This document shows, piece after piece, positions 10,599 to 20,140 of a stretch of 64,000 nucleotides of DNA. Under the pieces are notes generated by a model. It did no database searches, was not told the origin of the DNA, and saw nothing but the letters and a program-made list of their open reading frames with translations. The stretch spans positions 1 through 64,000 of IMG/VR virus record IMGVR_UViG_3300048922_000467, one strand, 5' to 3'. The DNA comes from a virus. Made by a program: the position numbers and the translations under genes. Every line of letters starts with the position of its first letter. Within the stretch, counting starts at the first letter, position 1.

Positions 10599-11006
10599 CT
10601 ACTTTTTGAGCAGGTGTAAGATCGTCGGTAGCAGCTTTTCCAGGCTTTTTTTTAGACCATCAGGAAATGTCAGAGCGAAGACTGTTGCCAGCAGCTCAAG
10701 CTGGATAGGGAAAGGGAGATTTCGAACATACTCTTCGGCACTACGCTGTTTGCAAGCACATGCAACACAAGCAGCCGCAAAGCCAGGAAAACTCAGCAAA
10801 ATCTCTTTCGACACATCAGGATCGGCCAGGGACTCTTTTACGTTGCGTAGAAAAATCGCAGCCAGGGCGTCTTTATAGCCGTCAACCAGGTAAATGAAAT
10901 CTTCAGTGTTCAGCCCGAACACATCGATGGTTACTTCCGGCTTGTCAGCGGATGCTTGGGTAATAGTGATGGGACGCGAGGGGATCACGAGATCTGAGAG
11001 TGCCAT
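10599..11006 (-). CDS. Tail assembly chaperone G
   Basis: Upstream of tape measure; slippery A8G near its 3' end. Confidence 0.8.
   Translation of the reverse strand: MALSDLVIPSRPITITQASADKPEVTIDVFGLNTEDFIYLVDGYKDALAAIFLRNVKESLADPDVSKEILLSFPGFAAACVACACKQRSAEEYVRNLPFPIQLELLATVFALTFPDGLKKSLEKLLPTILHLLKK
10645..10653 (-). promoter_or_regulatory. Programmed -1 frameshift slippery site AAAAAAAAG
   Basis: Frame check gives a fused G-T protein. Confidence 0.8.
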
Positions 11007-11212
11007 GCTTTCTTCTTATTATTATGTGGCTTTTATTCATTATACCGAACCCCGCAATCCCCGTGGGCCAAACCCAGTTTGACAACAAAGGAAATCGAGG
11101 TAGAACTATTTTCGCTGTATACCTCAATTGTCGACGCTGTCTACTGGTGCGGCATGGTAGGCGTCGGTAATATTGAAGATGTAAGCAATGCACAACAAGA
11201 GAGAGATTTGAA

Positions 11213-11446
11213 ATGAGCGATATCGAATATGACCCTGAGCTTATTGCAACGAAGGATGAGATCCGCGCAGCAGTCCGAGAAATTGCAATGAACACAGATG
11301 CAATTAATTTCATCGAATTCAGCTGGGAGGTAGAAGAATCGATTGGTTCTGACTTGATTATTCCTCCAGAAATGGACTGGATCGTCGAAGAGGCCATTCA
11401 GGATTATAGCTCACTGGCTCTGGACGAGGAGAACGGCAATGTTTGA
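11213..11446 (+). CDS. Small acidic hypothetical protein (moron)
   Basis: 77 aa, very D/E-rich; leader GCACAACAAGAGAGAGA; opposite strand to tail genes. Confidence 0.7.
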   Translation: MSDIEYDPELIATKDEIRAAVREIAMNTDAINFIEFSWEVEESIGSDLIIPPEMDWIVEEAIQDYSSLALDEENGNV

Positions 11447-11762
11447 TGCTCGCACTGATATCCCGCCGATGCTTACTGATTCGCAAATGATGTCGATGTC
11501 TTTGCAGGAAGTCACAGAGTACATGTGCAAGCGCAAGGTCGCTCAGCGCAATGACCCGGCTTACGAGCGTAAAAGGATTGATGAACTGGCTGAGTTCATC
11601 GAATCCAATCTGCTGGATGAGCTGGCTGACCAGGGCTGCGTCGAAGGTTTTTGCTTGAACGCTAGGGCGGGCCTTGAGCGGGAGTTTCCGAAGCATGAAG
11701 CGCTTAAAGGATCGTGGTGTACTGCAGCAGCGAAGCAGATCTGGTACAAGTACAACCACTGA
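11439..11762 (+). CDS. Hypothetical protein (moron)
   Basis: 107 aa, overlaps preceding ORF; GAGGAG SD. Confidence 0.7.
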   Translation: MFDARTDIPPMLTDSQMMSMSLQEVTEYMCKRKVAQRNDPAYERKRIDELAEFIESNLLDELADQGCVEGFCLNARAGLEREFPKHEALKGSWCTAAAKQIWYKYNH

Positions 11763-11775
11763 AATAAAGACCGGG

Positions 11776-12864
11776 CTACTCGCCCGGCTTAGAACTGTCT
11801 TGCGTTATTCTGAATATAGAGAAGGGAGACTCAATGTTTTCTGAGTCTCGGTCTATATCGGCTTCGGAAATCTCGCCGGCAACCTCCAACTCTGCAATGA
11901 TGTTCTTGATGTTGGCAATTTTATCAAGAACACTGGCCAAACCTAACGCCACTTCCAACCTAGTGTCTACAGAAGCCTTATTGGATGCATGCAGATAGGT
12001 TATATAATCGTCGTTAGGGTAGCTAGGCTTTTTCCTAATGCACTCATCGCGATAAGACTCGAAGAAGTCCAGTGCGGAACCACAGCGACCATCATGTTCC
12101 ACCAGTCTATCTATTAATTTAATATCTCTTTCTTTGTCCAGGTATAAGTGCGCATACAGCGAATCGCGCAAGTTCATCTCTGTCCCAGATCCGCTGATGA
12201 CCAACTGCTGATAAACTGAGCGTATTTGCCCCTCAAGCTTCGCAAGCAGCTGCCTGGAATTGTGATCATCATTGAACTTTGACCGGTACTTCAGATAGCC
12301 ACTAAATACTCGGATAAAAATCAGGTTGGCCAGCCTATCTAGAGTCGTCACGTTCCTTTCGGGAGACTTCAAAATAGCATCAGCTGAGTGCATGAAACCA
12401 TCAATCGTTATATCAAATTCAGTAGCCGCATCTAAACTCAAGCTCAGGACTTCAGTTAGGTTATCGCCGAGATCTCTGTAATGTATCAACTTCCGCATAA
12501 CCTTCGCATATCCTTTTGCGAGGTCTGCAAAGAGAACTGTTTCTCTCTCTTTAACCATCATATTGAAAAAATCATCTAGATTGTTTTCATAAACGACGTT
12601 GTTATTAACCTGGATTAACGTTTGTGGTATCACACCTGCGGGATGGCCGGTAATATGCTTCACGATTTGACCAGCACCATCTCGGACGAGGCCGACTGTG
12701 GCAACATTGAATTCGCCGCTGTCGATTCCTTCTTGCACGCGTCGATCGCTGTAATGAGAGTATTTCTTACCCACGTAATGCTCCGCACGGTACCAATGGG
12801 GCAACCCAAGCCTCCATTCTTGGGTGACAAAATACCGCGTGAGTGATCCGATGTCATCGCCCAT
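11776..12864 (-). CDS. Hypothetical AT-rich moron protein
   Basis: 362-aa ORF inserted between major tail protein and chaperone. Confidence 0.75.
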   Translation of the reverse strand: MGDDIGSLTRYFVTQEWRLGLPHWYRAEHYVGKKYSHYSDRRVQEGIDSGEFNVATVGLVRDGAGQIVKHITGHPAGVIPQTLIQVNNNVVYENNLDDFFNMMVKERETVLFADLAKGYAKVMRKLIHYRDLGDNLTEVLSLSLDAATEFDITIDGFMHSADAILKSPERNVTTLDRLANLIFIRVFSGYLKYRSKFNDDHNSRQLLAKLEGQIRSVYQQLVISGSGTEMNLRDSLYAHLYLDKERDIKLIDRLVEHDGRCGSALDFFESYRDECIRKKPSYPNDDYITYLHASNKASVDTRLEVALGLASVLDKIANIKNIIAELEVAGEISEADIDRDSENIESPFSIFRITQDSSKPGE

Positions 12865-12882
12865 TCTTGAGCGGGCGCGGCG

Positions 12883-13635
12883 TTAAGCGTATTCCTCCTT
12901 AAACAGCTTTGACAAACCACTGCCGCTGACGGCTTTGGACGCAAGCAACGTGCCCTTTATCTCTTGATCCCCCCAGTCGGTGGTGATGAGCTGTCGCTGA
13001 GCAGCTGGACTCAAGGAGACCTTGTGGTAGGTCACTTTCACCGCCTGGTCTTCTTCGCCTAGGTTCACGCCTTCAAAAATAATCTGCACGTTGACGTTCG
13101 AGTTAATCAGGCCTTCCAGCCGCGTGGAGGCCTTGGTGGCATACACGACAGTGGCCTCGGCGCCGTCAATGAAGCCAGCTGCCAAATCAAATTCGATCGA
13201 GCCGCCGGAGACGCGGTAGGCGCTTTCATCCAGGACTTCCCCGCCGACGGTGATCGATGTGACAGATGCAATCATGCCGGGCACGACGATGCTACGGCCC
13301 AGATAAGCACTGCCAGTCCAAGTTTTTTCAGTAGCAGCTGCATCTTTGATAACGTCAGCGAACAGTGCAAGTTTCATGACTTCGACGTTGAAGTCCTTGG
13401 CATTGATCGTGAGTTCGCCAGTGTTCTTGATAACGCGAGACTTTGCGGTGGCCAGGGTGCCGTACGTAGTATCTTGCATCTCTACTTTGTCACTAGTGAG
13501 AGCCAGGACTGCAGACGAAGAATGGGCAACAGCGTAAAAGCCGCCAGTCGGTAGGTCGTTGGAATCCAGCTTGGCAATCAAGATAGCGCCATTGCCGATC
13601 CAGCCGATGGAGGTGTCGATTGTTTGAACAGGCAT
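12883..13635 (-). CDS. Major tail (tube) protein
   Basis: 250 aa; V.YHKVSLSP...LI..DWG..E..G motif; position. Confidence 0.85.
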   Translation of the reverse strand: MPVQTIDTSIGWIGNGAILIAKLDSNDLPTGGFYAVAHSSSAVLALTSDKVEMQDTTYGTLATAKSRVIKNTGELTINAKDFNVEVMKLALFADVIKDAAATEKTWTGSAYLGRSIVVPGMIASVTSITVGGEVLDESAYRVSGGSIEFDLAAGFIDGAEATVVYATKASTRLEGLINSNVNVQIIFEGVNLGEEDQAVKVTYHKVSLSPAAQRQLITTDWGDQEIKGTLLASKAVSGSGLSKLFKEEYA

Positions 13636-13673
13636 TTCATGTACCTTTTATTATTGTTATTGGTGGTGATAGA

Positions 13674-14111
13674 TCAGTCGAACGCTACCCAGTGCGTCCA
13701 TGACAGCTGCCAGGCGCTAAAATTATTGTTAGATGGCTTGCCTGCGAACAACTCCTCAAAAGATGCAATCTTTGGAAGATTGGGATTCCGGCGTGGGTTG
13801 CCGCGATAAGCTTTTAGAGCTTTAGACAGTTCTACCCCGAAGTCCATTGCCTTTCTCGAAACGCCTTTGGTGTCTTGGTCAGCCTTAGAAACAATGAAAG
13901 CCCCGAAAACCGCATCACACACCATCTTGGGTGCGTCAGATATTAGCGGGCCACCACCGCAAGCAAGCAGCACATAACACTGACTGCCCTCCAAAGTGAT
14001 ACTGCTCAGTTCCTTGCCATCCATCTCACCTGAAAATAGTGCAACTTTCGGCTTTGATGGCAAATTCTCAATGAGGGTTTTGTAGGCTTCGAGGGTTTCG
14101 GTGATCGCCAT
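13674..14111 (-). CDS. Tail terminator / completion protein (Mu gp37-like)
   Basis: Position, size, C-terminal W...W. Confidence 0.6.
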   Translation of the reverse strand: MAITETLEAYKTLIENLPSKPKVALFSGEMDGKELSSITLEGSQCYVLLACGGGPLISDAPKMVCDAVFGAFIVSKADQDTKGVSRKAMDFGVELSKALKAYRGNPRRNPNLPKIASFEELFAGKPSNNNFSAWQLSWTHWVAFD

Positions 14112-14121
14112 GTTTTTCTTC

Positions 14122-14583
14122 TTATTTTATCACAGACGGAGTTGTGGTCAGGGCGTTTTCGAGGTTCTGCAAGAGGATATTTTGGTATTCCGCGAGCCAG
14201 GCTTTCGGGAGGCCTTGTTTGTCGGGAAGGAAACGTCTTTGTTTAACGGTGATGCCATACTGATGGTTATCTGCGTATATTAAGTTGCTGGCCAGTTCGA
14301 GATTCGTGCCTCGGACGTTGTGTTTGATGCTGTTTCGCAGCCTGCCCGTATCGAGGAGCGGCTGGCCCTGACGGTGATGGATCGGGGCCCAGGGGTTGCC
14401 GTATGGGTCTACTCCGCGCTGGAAACAGGTTTTGACCCTGGCAATCCAACGCACGCCGATCTGATTGAGGCCCTTTTTGACGTGCGGGTTTGCAGGGCCG
14501 AGTTGCCTGACTTTGCTCACCAGTTCCTGCAGGGCTGACGTGTCGACTTCGAGCGTTATTGGTTGGCTGGCTGCCGTGATCAT
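14122..14583 (-). CDS. Phage virion morphogenesis protein
   Basis: F..G.DP.G.PW.P...L.DTGRLRNSI...YA..HQYG...RRFL. Confidence 0.85.
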   Translation of the reverse strand: MITAASQPITLEVDTSALQELVSKVRQLGPANPHVKKGLNQIGVRWIARVKTCFQRGVDPYGNPWAPIHHRQGQPLLDTGRLRNSIKHNVRGTNLELASNLIYADNHQYGITVKQRRFLPDKQGLPKAWLAEYQNILLQNLENALTTTPSVIK

Positions 14584-14942
14584 GAGCGGATCAGCCTGAC
14601 ATTATGAAACCCCGATTTGCGGCTTTCCTGAGTTGCAGTGCGGATGCGGTTGCGGCCAGTGCCAAGACCTTCAAACCAGCGGCGTGCATCCTCGAACCTG
14701 ACGCGCTGCTCGTCCGTGGGGTTCTCGTCCCACCTGTAGTACCGAGCGATGTCCAGAACGAAACTTCTGATGTCTTCGATCGCTTCGACGTCAGTGAGTG
14801 GGGCATCCAGGCCTGCAGACCGAATGTAGCTATCTGCGAGCCGGGAGGCCTTCTCGATGACGCGGACGATTCGAACTTCGCCTTCGACGGGGAGCTGGTC
14901 ATTCGGGAATTCTGAGGTGTAGTCAAGGCAGGTTGCGTACAT
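14580..14942 (-). CDS. DUF1320 (Mu gp36-like) head-tail adaptor
   Basis: MYAT..D, AS...DSYI, DIARY, R...A..W motifs. Confidence 0.8.
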   Translation of the reverse strand: MYATCLDYTSEFPNDQLPVEGEVRIVRVIEKASRLADSYIRSAGLDAPLTDVEAIEDIRSFVLDIARYYRWDENPTDEQRVRFEDARRWFEGLGTGRNRIRTATQESRKSGFHNVRLIRS

Positions 14943-14943
14943 A

Positions 14944-15075
14944 GTTTTTCTTAACCAAAGAAACTGGGTTTATGGGCTCCCTCCCTTGGATCTTTACCCT
15001 CAACCCCTACATTCTCTTTTAAAAAGGAAAGAGACCGTTGAGGGTGACTTGAAGGATCTTTTGGTTAAGAGAAAC
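14944..15075. repeat. IR-bounded element, copy 1 (GTTTTTCTTAACCAA...TTGGTTAAGAGAAAC, internal ACCCTCAAC/GTTGAGGGT stem)
   Basis: Read directly; homologous copy at 40855-41001. Confidence 0.85.
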
Positions 15076-15079
15076 GCTT

Positions 15080-16030
15080 TTATGACAAAGTCAGGTCTTT
15101 AAGCTCAGTGAGAGGGATCACGTGATACGAGTCCTGGTCGACGAAACCGTCCAGTGGCATTCCCTTTTTCCACATCCGATGCCTAGTCGCCCCGAGCACC
15201 TTTATCTGGTCGTCTTCATCCAGGCCTTTCAGAAAGTCGTCAAACGTATCAGGCACAGGCTCATCGTGATCGTCGAACAAAGCGATCATCGTTGTGCGAC
15301 AGCCTGGATGGAACGGCGGCATCTTCCTCCTCGGATCACTGACTTTGAATTTCTTACCGTTCAGGGCCGCGCATGTAAACGTTGTCCTGGTGTCTAGAAT
15401 CGCGCTCAGTTGGTACTGCTCAACGCCTGCTTCTTGGAACCCAATCATGTCCGCGTTCGCAGTTACATGAGCTGCCGCTGTCCGAACCAGGATCTCGACA
15501 TTACGCCTTGAAGCATTGAATGGGTTGACAGGATCACTCACTACCGCGTCGACGATCTTACTCACCGGCAACCCGTTCACAACGCCCAGCCTCACCGCAC
15601 GCTTCACGGCATTTTGCGTGGCCAGGTTCTGCTCTTTGACCCATTCCGGCAGCAACTTGCCATCGAATGGATCACTCTCGATGAAGCTGCGGATGAAGTC
15701 TTCACTCGTCTGTGCGCCGCCGATATCAACTTCCAGAGCATCCGAACTCCAGTCAACTTGGCTCTTGTAGAGCTCCGTAAGCTCATCAACCAAATCCCTT
15801 TCCATCGCGGAGTATTGGTCTGCAATGGCCCTGTCGATCCTCTTGAGCCGCGCTTTCGATTGAAAAATGGTCAACATGGAGCTGCGCTTAAGACCGTCCT
15901 GCAGTTCCTCCGCGACCTTCTCTTTTAGCTGCTGAAGCTGAGCGACAGCACCCCTGGCAATGCGCGTGTATTGACCTCGCAGCTGGATCTGTCGCCCAAC
16001 TACCTGTTTCGGACTCACTTTCCTAGCCAT
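15080..16030 (-). CDS. Minor head protein (Mu gpF / SPP1 gp7-like)
   Basis: LVRT, A.LD.RT...C..LNG, PP.HP.CR motifs. Confidence 0.9.
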   Translation of the reverse strand: MARKVSPKQVVGRQIQLRGQYTRIARGAVAQLQQLKEKVAEELQDGLKRSSMLTIFQSKARLKRIDRAIADQYSAMERDLVDELTELYKSQVDWSSDALEVDIGGAQTSEDFIRSFIESDPFDGKLLPEWVKEQNLATQNAVKRAVRLGVVNGLPVSKIVDAVVSDPVNPFNASRRNVEILVRTAAAHVTANADMIGFQEAGVEQYQLSAILDTRTTFTCAALNGKKFKVSDPRRKMPPFHPGCRTTMIALFDDHDEPVPDTFDDFLKGLDEDDQIKVLGATRHRMWKKGMPLDGFVDQDSYHVIPLTELKDLTLS

Positions 16031-16518
16031 GTTTCAATCCATAGCTGCGACTCAGCCCGACGTCTATAGACAAGGCCCGGCATCCGCTTACCCTGCGCAT
16101 GCACCCATCGCATGAACTGAGCGGGAGCCTTCTCAAACTCACCCCTGTTGATCACTCGCCGCAGGGTTGAGATCTCCAGGTTGCCGCCGCCACAGTTGAA
16201 CGCGAAATCGATCAGAGCTGAATACTGGTTGTCGTTCAGCGGAACCTTGATCAGATTGCACACCGACCTGGCAGCCCGGCCAAGATCCTGCTCCAGCAGC
16301 TTCAAAGCATCAGCCTTCGTGATAGCCGGATACTTGCTCAAGGGCTCCCATTTCACGCGGGACAGTAGGTGGCCATAACCGATCGTTGGGAAGCCCACGG
16401 GATCGTGATAAGGCTCGATAAGCGCAGTCCTGGGATTCGGATCATGCAAGCCATCGAACTGCGGTCTACTAGCCAGCTCGACAGCTTGTTGAGGCACGTA
16501 GATCGCACCCATGATCAC
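16015..16518 (-). CDS. Lysozyme (GH24 endolysin)
   Basis: PY.DPVG.PTIGYGH, ALIDFAFN.G, GL..RR.AE. Confidence 0.9.
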   Translation of the reverse strand: MIMGAIYVPQQAVELASRPQFDGLHDPNPRTALIEPYHDPVGFPTIGYGHLLSRVKWEPLSKYPAITKADALKLLEQDLGRAARSVCNLIKVPLNDNQYSALIDFAFNCGGGNLEISTLRRVINRGEFEKAPAQFMRWVHAQGKRMPGLVYRRRAESQLWIETWLGK

Positions 16519-17033
16519 TTCTTCCAGCGATTCATCGTGCGGTTGCCGAACCAGAAGCTGATCACTGCAACCAACATTGCTTCGTCGAAATCAGTCCAGC
16601 TTCGAACGATCGCTTCCACCCCAGAAAGCCCCGACGCGGCCAGCAACTGGAAGGTCGCGATCTTGTAGAACATGTAGAAGCCGACCAGGCCGTAGGTGAT
16701 TACAGGCCTGCACATGCGGATGAAAAAGTCGACGTGAACACCGATTATAGCAACATACCCCTTGATCCAGCGTGGTAGGTCAGTCGCGGCAACGGACGAA
16801 ATCAGCTTGTCGCCGTAAGTCTCTTCGGGCTTGCGAACTGCAATGGCCTCGTCGATATCAGCACGGGCGTTGATCTCCTCCATTCGCCAGGTGTGCTCAG
16901 CATTTGCATTCTCAAGTCGGAGCTTCATCATCTCCAGTTCTTGTTTATGATCCTGGCTGCTTTGAAAGAGCTCAAATACCTTAGGAACGAATGGCGCCAG
17001 GAATCCAAACAAAGCACTAATCATGCTGATCAT
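16515..17033 (-). CDS. Holin-like membrane protein
   Basis: Hydrophobic segments, RP..TY and FWFG.R C-terminus; adjacent to lysozyme. Confidence 0.6.
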   Translation of the reverse strand: MISMISALFGFLAPFVPKVFELFQSSQDHKQELEMMKLRLENANAEHTWRMEEINARADIDEAIAVRKPEETYGDKLISSVAATDLPRWIKGYVAIIGVHVDFFIRMCRPVITYGLVGFYMFYKIATFQLLAASGLSGVEAIVRSWTDFDEAMLVAVISFWFGNRTMNRWKK

Positions 17034-17305
17034 TTCGACACCCCCTTAACAATCAAGGCATCAATCCGAACACTGATCTTGTCAAGTTTGTCTTCAATGC
17101 GCTTGCTGTCTTCTTTGCGCTCAATTTGATAAGTCTGAATTTGAGCTGAGACGATATCGACGCGCTGATCAAGCAGTTCGATTTTCTTGTCGAGACCTGA
17201 ATAAGCCCAGACACCTGAAACCACCAGTGATAACAGGGGAATCAAGGCGTACAGGGAAATAACTAAGTTCGAGGCGTTTGTAGGCGCCGTGGGAGTGGCT
17301 GACAT
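17030..17305 (-). CDS. Small membrane protein of lysis cassette (TM plus coiled coil)
   Basis: One TM helix followed by heptad-like region. Confidence 0.6.
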   Translation of the reverse strand: MSATPTAPTNASNLVISLYALIPLLSLVVSGVWAYSGLDKKIELLDQRVDIVSAQIQTYQIERKEDSKRIEDKLDKISVRIDALIVKGVSK

Positions 17306-17399
17306 TTGTTATTCTTCTTTTTATTGTCAGAAAGGGCTCTATGGCCTATATCTGATTGTAGCATGCGCCATTTAGCAAATGGCGCAATGTGGCTCTCTA

Positions 17400-18305
17400 T
17401 TATGTTTTATTTTCCGACTTGGAAAATGTGCACCACAGCTTCTTGCCTTCTGGGTTACGACCTGGCTCCCAAAGCACCTCGCCGGTTATTTCCTCTGGTA
17501 TTCTATAGACGATTTTTGTTGGCATCGTAACCAGCGGATTCACAGACTTGAAGTAGATACCATAACCCTTCTGCATCACAGATTCTGTCGTGTCGTAACG
17601 AAGTTCCTTTTTCTCCGGAGTAATTATTACCAAGCTACCCTCCGAAGGCAGTCGACCTTCAGAATCTTCATTCTTGAATGTAGCGTCAATAACAACGAAT
17701 TTCGACCCAGCCCAGGAGTCAGGTTCGCTGAACCTATTGTTTGTGCCCACGCTAGATTTTATCTCGCAAGAATTCATTCCGACGGTGAAATGGCCGAATC
17801 TTCCTTTCCTAAATGAGCTTTTAGTGAGTGCGTCGTACTGGCCAGAATTAGTTTTACCAAAATAAATGGATTGGCTCGCGCATCTGGCGATCTTGGAAGA
17901 CAGGGGCTTATATTCTGATTTCGCCCCAAAAAACTTTTCCGTATTTCGCCGCACCAGGAACTCCTCGTACCGAGCTTTAGCAAGCCAGTACTTTTTCTGC
18001 TGGTCATCAAGCTTATCTCTGGCAGCATCTAGCTCGGTTACAAAGGGTGTAGGGCCAAAGCTTTTTTTCATGTCTGTGATGATTGAGTCAGCCCCTGACA
18101 CATAGCGAAATATCGAAGCTCCGGAAAGGGTCGTTAGCGTAGAAATTAGGGCAGAAGCCTCTGACGCTGGGTGCTGAGAACTCAGCTCGCTGAACGCGTT
18201 ATTGCAGAACTCTGAAGTAAGCTTCTCTTCAGCGTAAACAACGGTGCTAGCAACCAGCAAACCACCAAAAACCGAAACCCTCAAAATTCGCACGCGCACC
18301 TCCAT
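17400..18305 (-). CDS. Secreted/periplasmic moron protein with DUF4352-like Ig C-terminal domain
   Basis: Signal peptide ending VYA-E; G.KFVVID..FKN and NP......IVY.IP motifs. Confidence 0.65.
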   Translation of the reverse strand: MEVRVRILRVSVFGGLLVASTVVYAEEKLTSEFCNNAFSELSSQHPASEASALISTLTTLSGASIFRYVSGADSIITDMKKSFGPTPFVTELDAARDKLDDQQKKYWLAKARYEEFLVRRNTEKFFGAKSEYKPLSSKIARCASQSIYFGKTNSGQYDALTKSSFRKGRFGHFTVGMNSCEIKSSVGTNNRFSEPDSWAGSKFVVIDATFKNEDSEGRLPSEGSLVIITPEKKELRYDTTESVMQKGYGIYFKSVNPLVTMPTKIVYRIPEEITGEVLWEPGRNPEGKKLWCTFSKSENKT

Positions 18306-18352
18306 ATGAATCACCGAACCGCCTGATCGCATTCTGCCATTGCGCCTTGGCC

Positions 18353-18742
18353 TCACCAAGGCTTTTGCGGCCAAAACACCGCGACTGGGTCAGGGGCTTC
18401 CGGGATATCGCGAAGGCCTTGCCGGTATTCTGCCAGAGCCAAGCGTGTGTTTTGGTCGACCTCGGTGCCGGCGATGAGAGCTTGGTCGTGAAGCATGCAG
18501 ACCCTGGCGTCAGCTTCCTGCAGTAGCTCTGCGCGTTTCTCTCTAATAGCTTTCATCAGAGATGCACGATTGGGCTCGAACACGAGCTGGCCATCGCGAA
18601 CGACTGGCACAAGGCCCTGGTTGAGGCTAGCAGCGATAGCCGGGCTCTCTGGGATTTCGAGGTATGGGAGTCCTGGCATGTCGGCAGAAGTGAAGCGGAA
18701 GACGTAGCCTGAGTCGTTGTAGTAAGCGCGCATAGTCATCAC
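18353..18742 (-). CDS. Tail fibre assembly chaperone
   Basis: R..R..LL.EAD...YRQ.LRDIPE......WP.KP. Confidence 0.85.
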   Translation of the reverse strand: MMTMRAYYNDSGYVFRFTSADMPGLPYLEIPESPAIAASLNQGLVPVVRDGQLVFEPNRASLMKAIREKRAELLQEADARVCMLHDQALIAGTEVDQNTRLALAEYRQGLRDIPEAPDPVAVFWPQKPW

Positions 18743-19956
18743 TTCTTGATGTAATAAGCCAAATTCTTTTCAGGGCGTTGAAGGTTCGGCAGGATGAGCG
18801 CGAAGCCAGGCCCGAAGTCTGCTGTATTCGTTTGCACGCTGCCGCTCTGACCCATAAGCGAGCCAGTTGCCCCCAGGCCACCAACAAAAGCGAACTCGTT
18901 GCTCAGGGGATCGAAATCAGCATCCGCATAGCCTGACATGACCGGAGCAGTGATCCAGGTGTTTCCACTGTCGAAGGAGATCATCGCAGGTGCGCTGGAC
19001 TCTGGGACTGCGATTAGCAAGCTATATCCAGTGCTGCTGTTGACTGCCACAAGTCGCTTTAGACTAAGTAGCGCTGGCAGAGTGATGGTATAGCTGTAGT
19101 CAAATTCAAGCGCTCGATACTCCAGTCTTGACCGGCTCTCGTAGATGAAGACCGCTCCGGCGCCGGCACTTTCAATGCACTCATGCTCGACGTCAGCAGC
19201 GATCTCAAGCATCAGAACAGTCGAAACCTGGCCATCCTCGAACATCAGCTTGTAGATGCCATGCTGACCGGCAATTGTGAGCTGAGCGTAAACATAGCCA
19301 GAACCAACCATCTTGATAGGCTTCGAAATGTCGGCAGGAATAGTGCCCGCTTTTATGAAGGAGGCTCCGTCATCTGCTTTGTAGATTGTCAGGACACCTG
19401 ACTCGACAACAGCCAGAAGCTCGTATCCATAGCTCGAATCAGCCGCACCGGCAATGCTTTCAAAGCTCGCGTTGAGTGCTACAACACCGATGTCTTGGAA
19501 AACCGTCCCTGCAGAACCGTAATAGATATGGCAGGCCGTTTTGAAGACAGACATGTTGTTCGGATAGCTGCTGGGCGTCGGGATACCCACCTGGAACACA
19601 TGCCAGTTACCTTCAGTTTTCGCCAATGTGGCTTGCCCAGAGCGGTACACCTGGGAGTAGAGATCAGTTCCAAACCTGGTCTCCGAGTTTTCATTCACCG
19701 AAACCCTGGCAGCCCCATACTCCTCGAAGTTCAGAGCAGTCTTGAGATCATCAAGGCCTTCGTCGTACAGATACGTTCCGTCGCACTCCAGTAGTCCTTC
19801 GTATGTTCCACGAGGTTTGAGCACGATGTCTCCGACCTTGACGGCTTTGGCCGCAACATCATAAACGCTCACTGACTCGGACGCGCCTGGCTTGTGAACG
19901 TGAAGCTTCATCGATACATCACCAGCCCAAGCTGGCAGTTCACTGATCGTTTTCAT
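18739..19956 (-). CDS. Fibre-like protein with split collar motif around a beta-propeller-like insert
   Basis: VGDIV...LLECDG at N-terminus, LPNL...YYIK at C-terminus, S.D.G.TW Asp-box. Confidence 0.65.
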   Translation of the reverse strand: MKTISELPAWAGDVSMKLHVHKPGASESVSVYDVAAKAVKVGDIVLKPRGTYEGLLECDGTYLYDEGLDDLKTALNFEEYGAARVSVNENSETRFGTDLYSQVYRSGQATLAKTEGNWHVFQVGIPTPSSYPNNMSVFKTACHIYYGSAGTVFQDIGVVALNASFESIAGAADSSYGYELLAVVESGVLTIYKADDGASFIKAGTIPADISKPIKMVGSGYVYAQLTIAGQHGIYKLMFEDGQVSTVLMLEIAADVEHECIESAGAGAVFIYESRSRLEYRALEFDYSYTITLPALLSLKRLVAVNSSTGYSLLIAVPESSAPAMISFDSGNTWITAPVMSGYADADFDPLSNEFAFVGGLGATGSLMGQSGSVQTNTADFGPGFALILPNLQRPEKNLAYYIKK

Positions 19957-20140
19957 AAATGATTACTTCACCGCTATCTGTTCTCTCAGCCTCAAACACG
20001 CCCTTGCTGAGCTCGTAAACCATCGCATTTGCTGGGATTGAAGGCGCCGTGCCGGCGAAGCGCCGATACCCTTTGCTGAGCACTCCAAAGATCGCGGCAG
20101 CACCAACTCGCCTAATCATTTGACTGCATGCACCCAGCAT
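19940..20140 (-). CDS. Hypothetical virion-region protein
   Basis: Short ORF coupled to neighbours. Confidence 0.45.
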   Translation of the reverse strand: MLGACSQMIRRVGAAAIFGVLSKGYRRFAGTAPSIPANAMVYELSKGVFEAERTDSGEVIIYENDQ

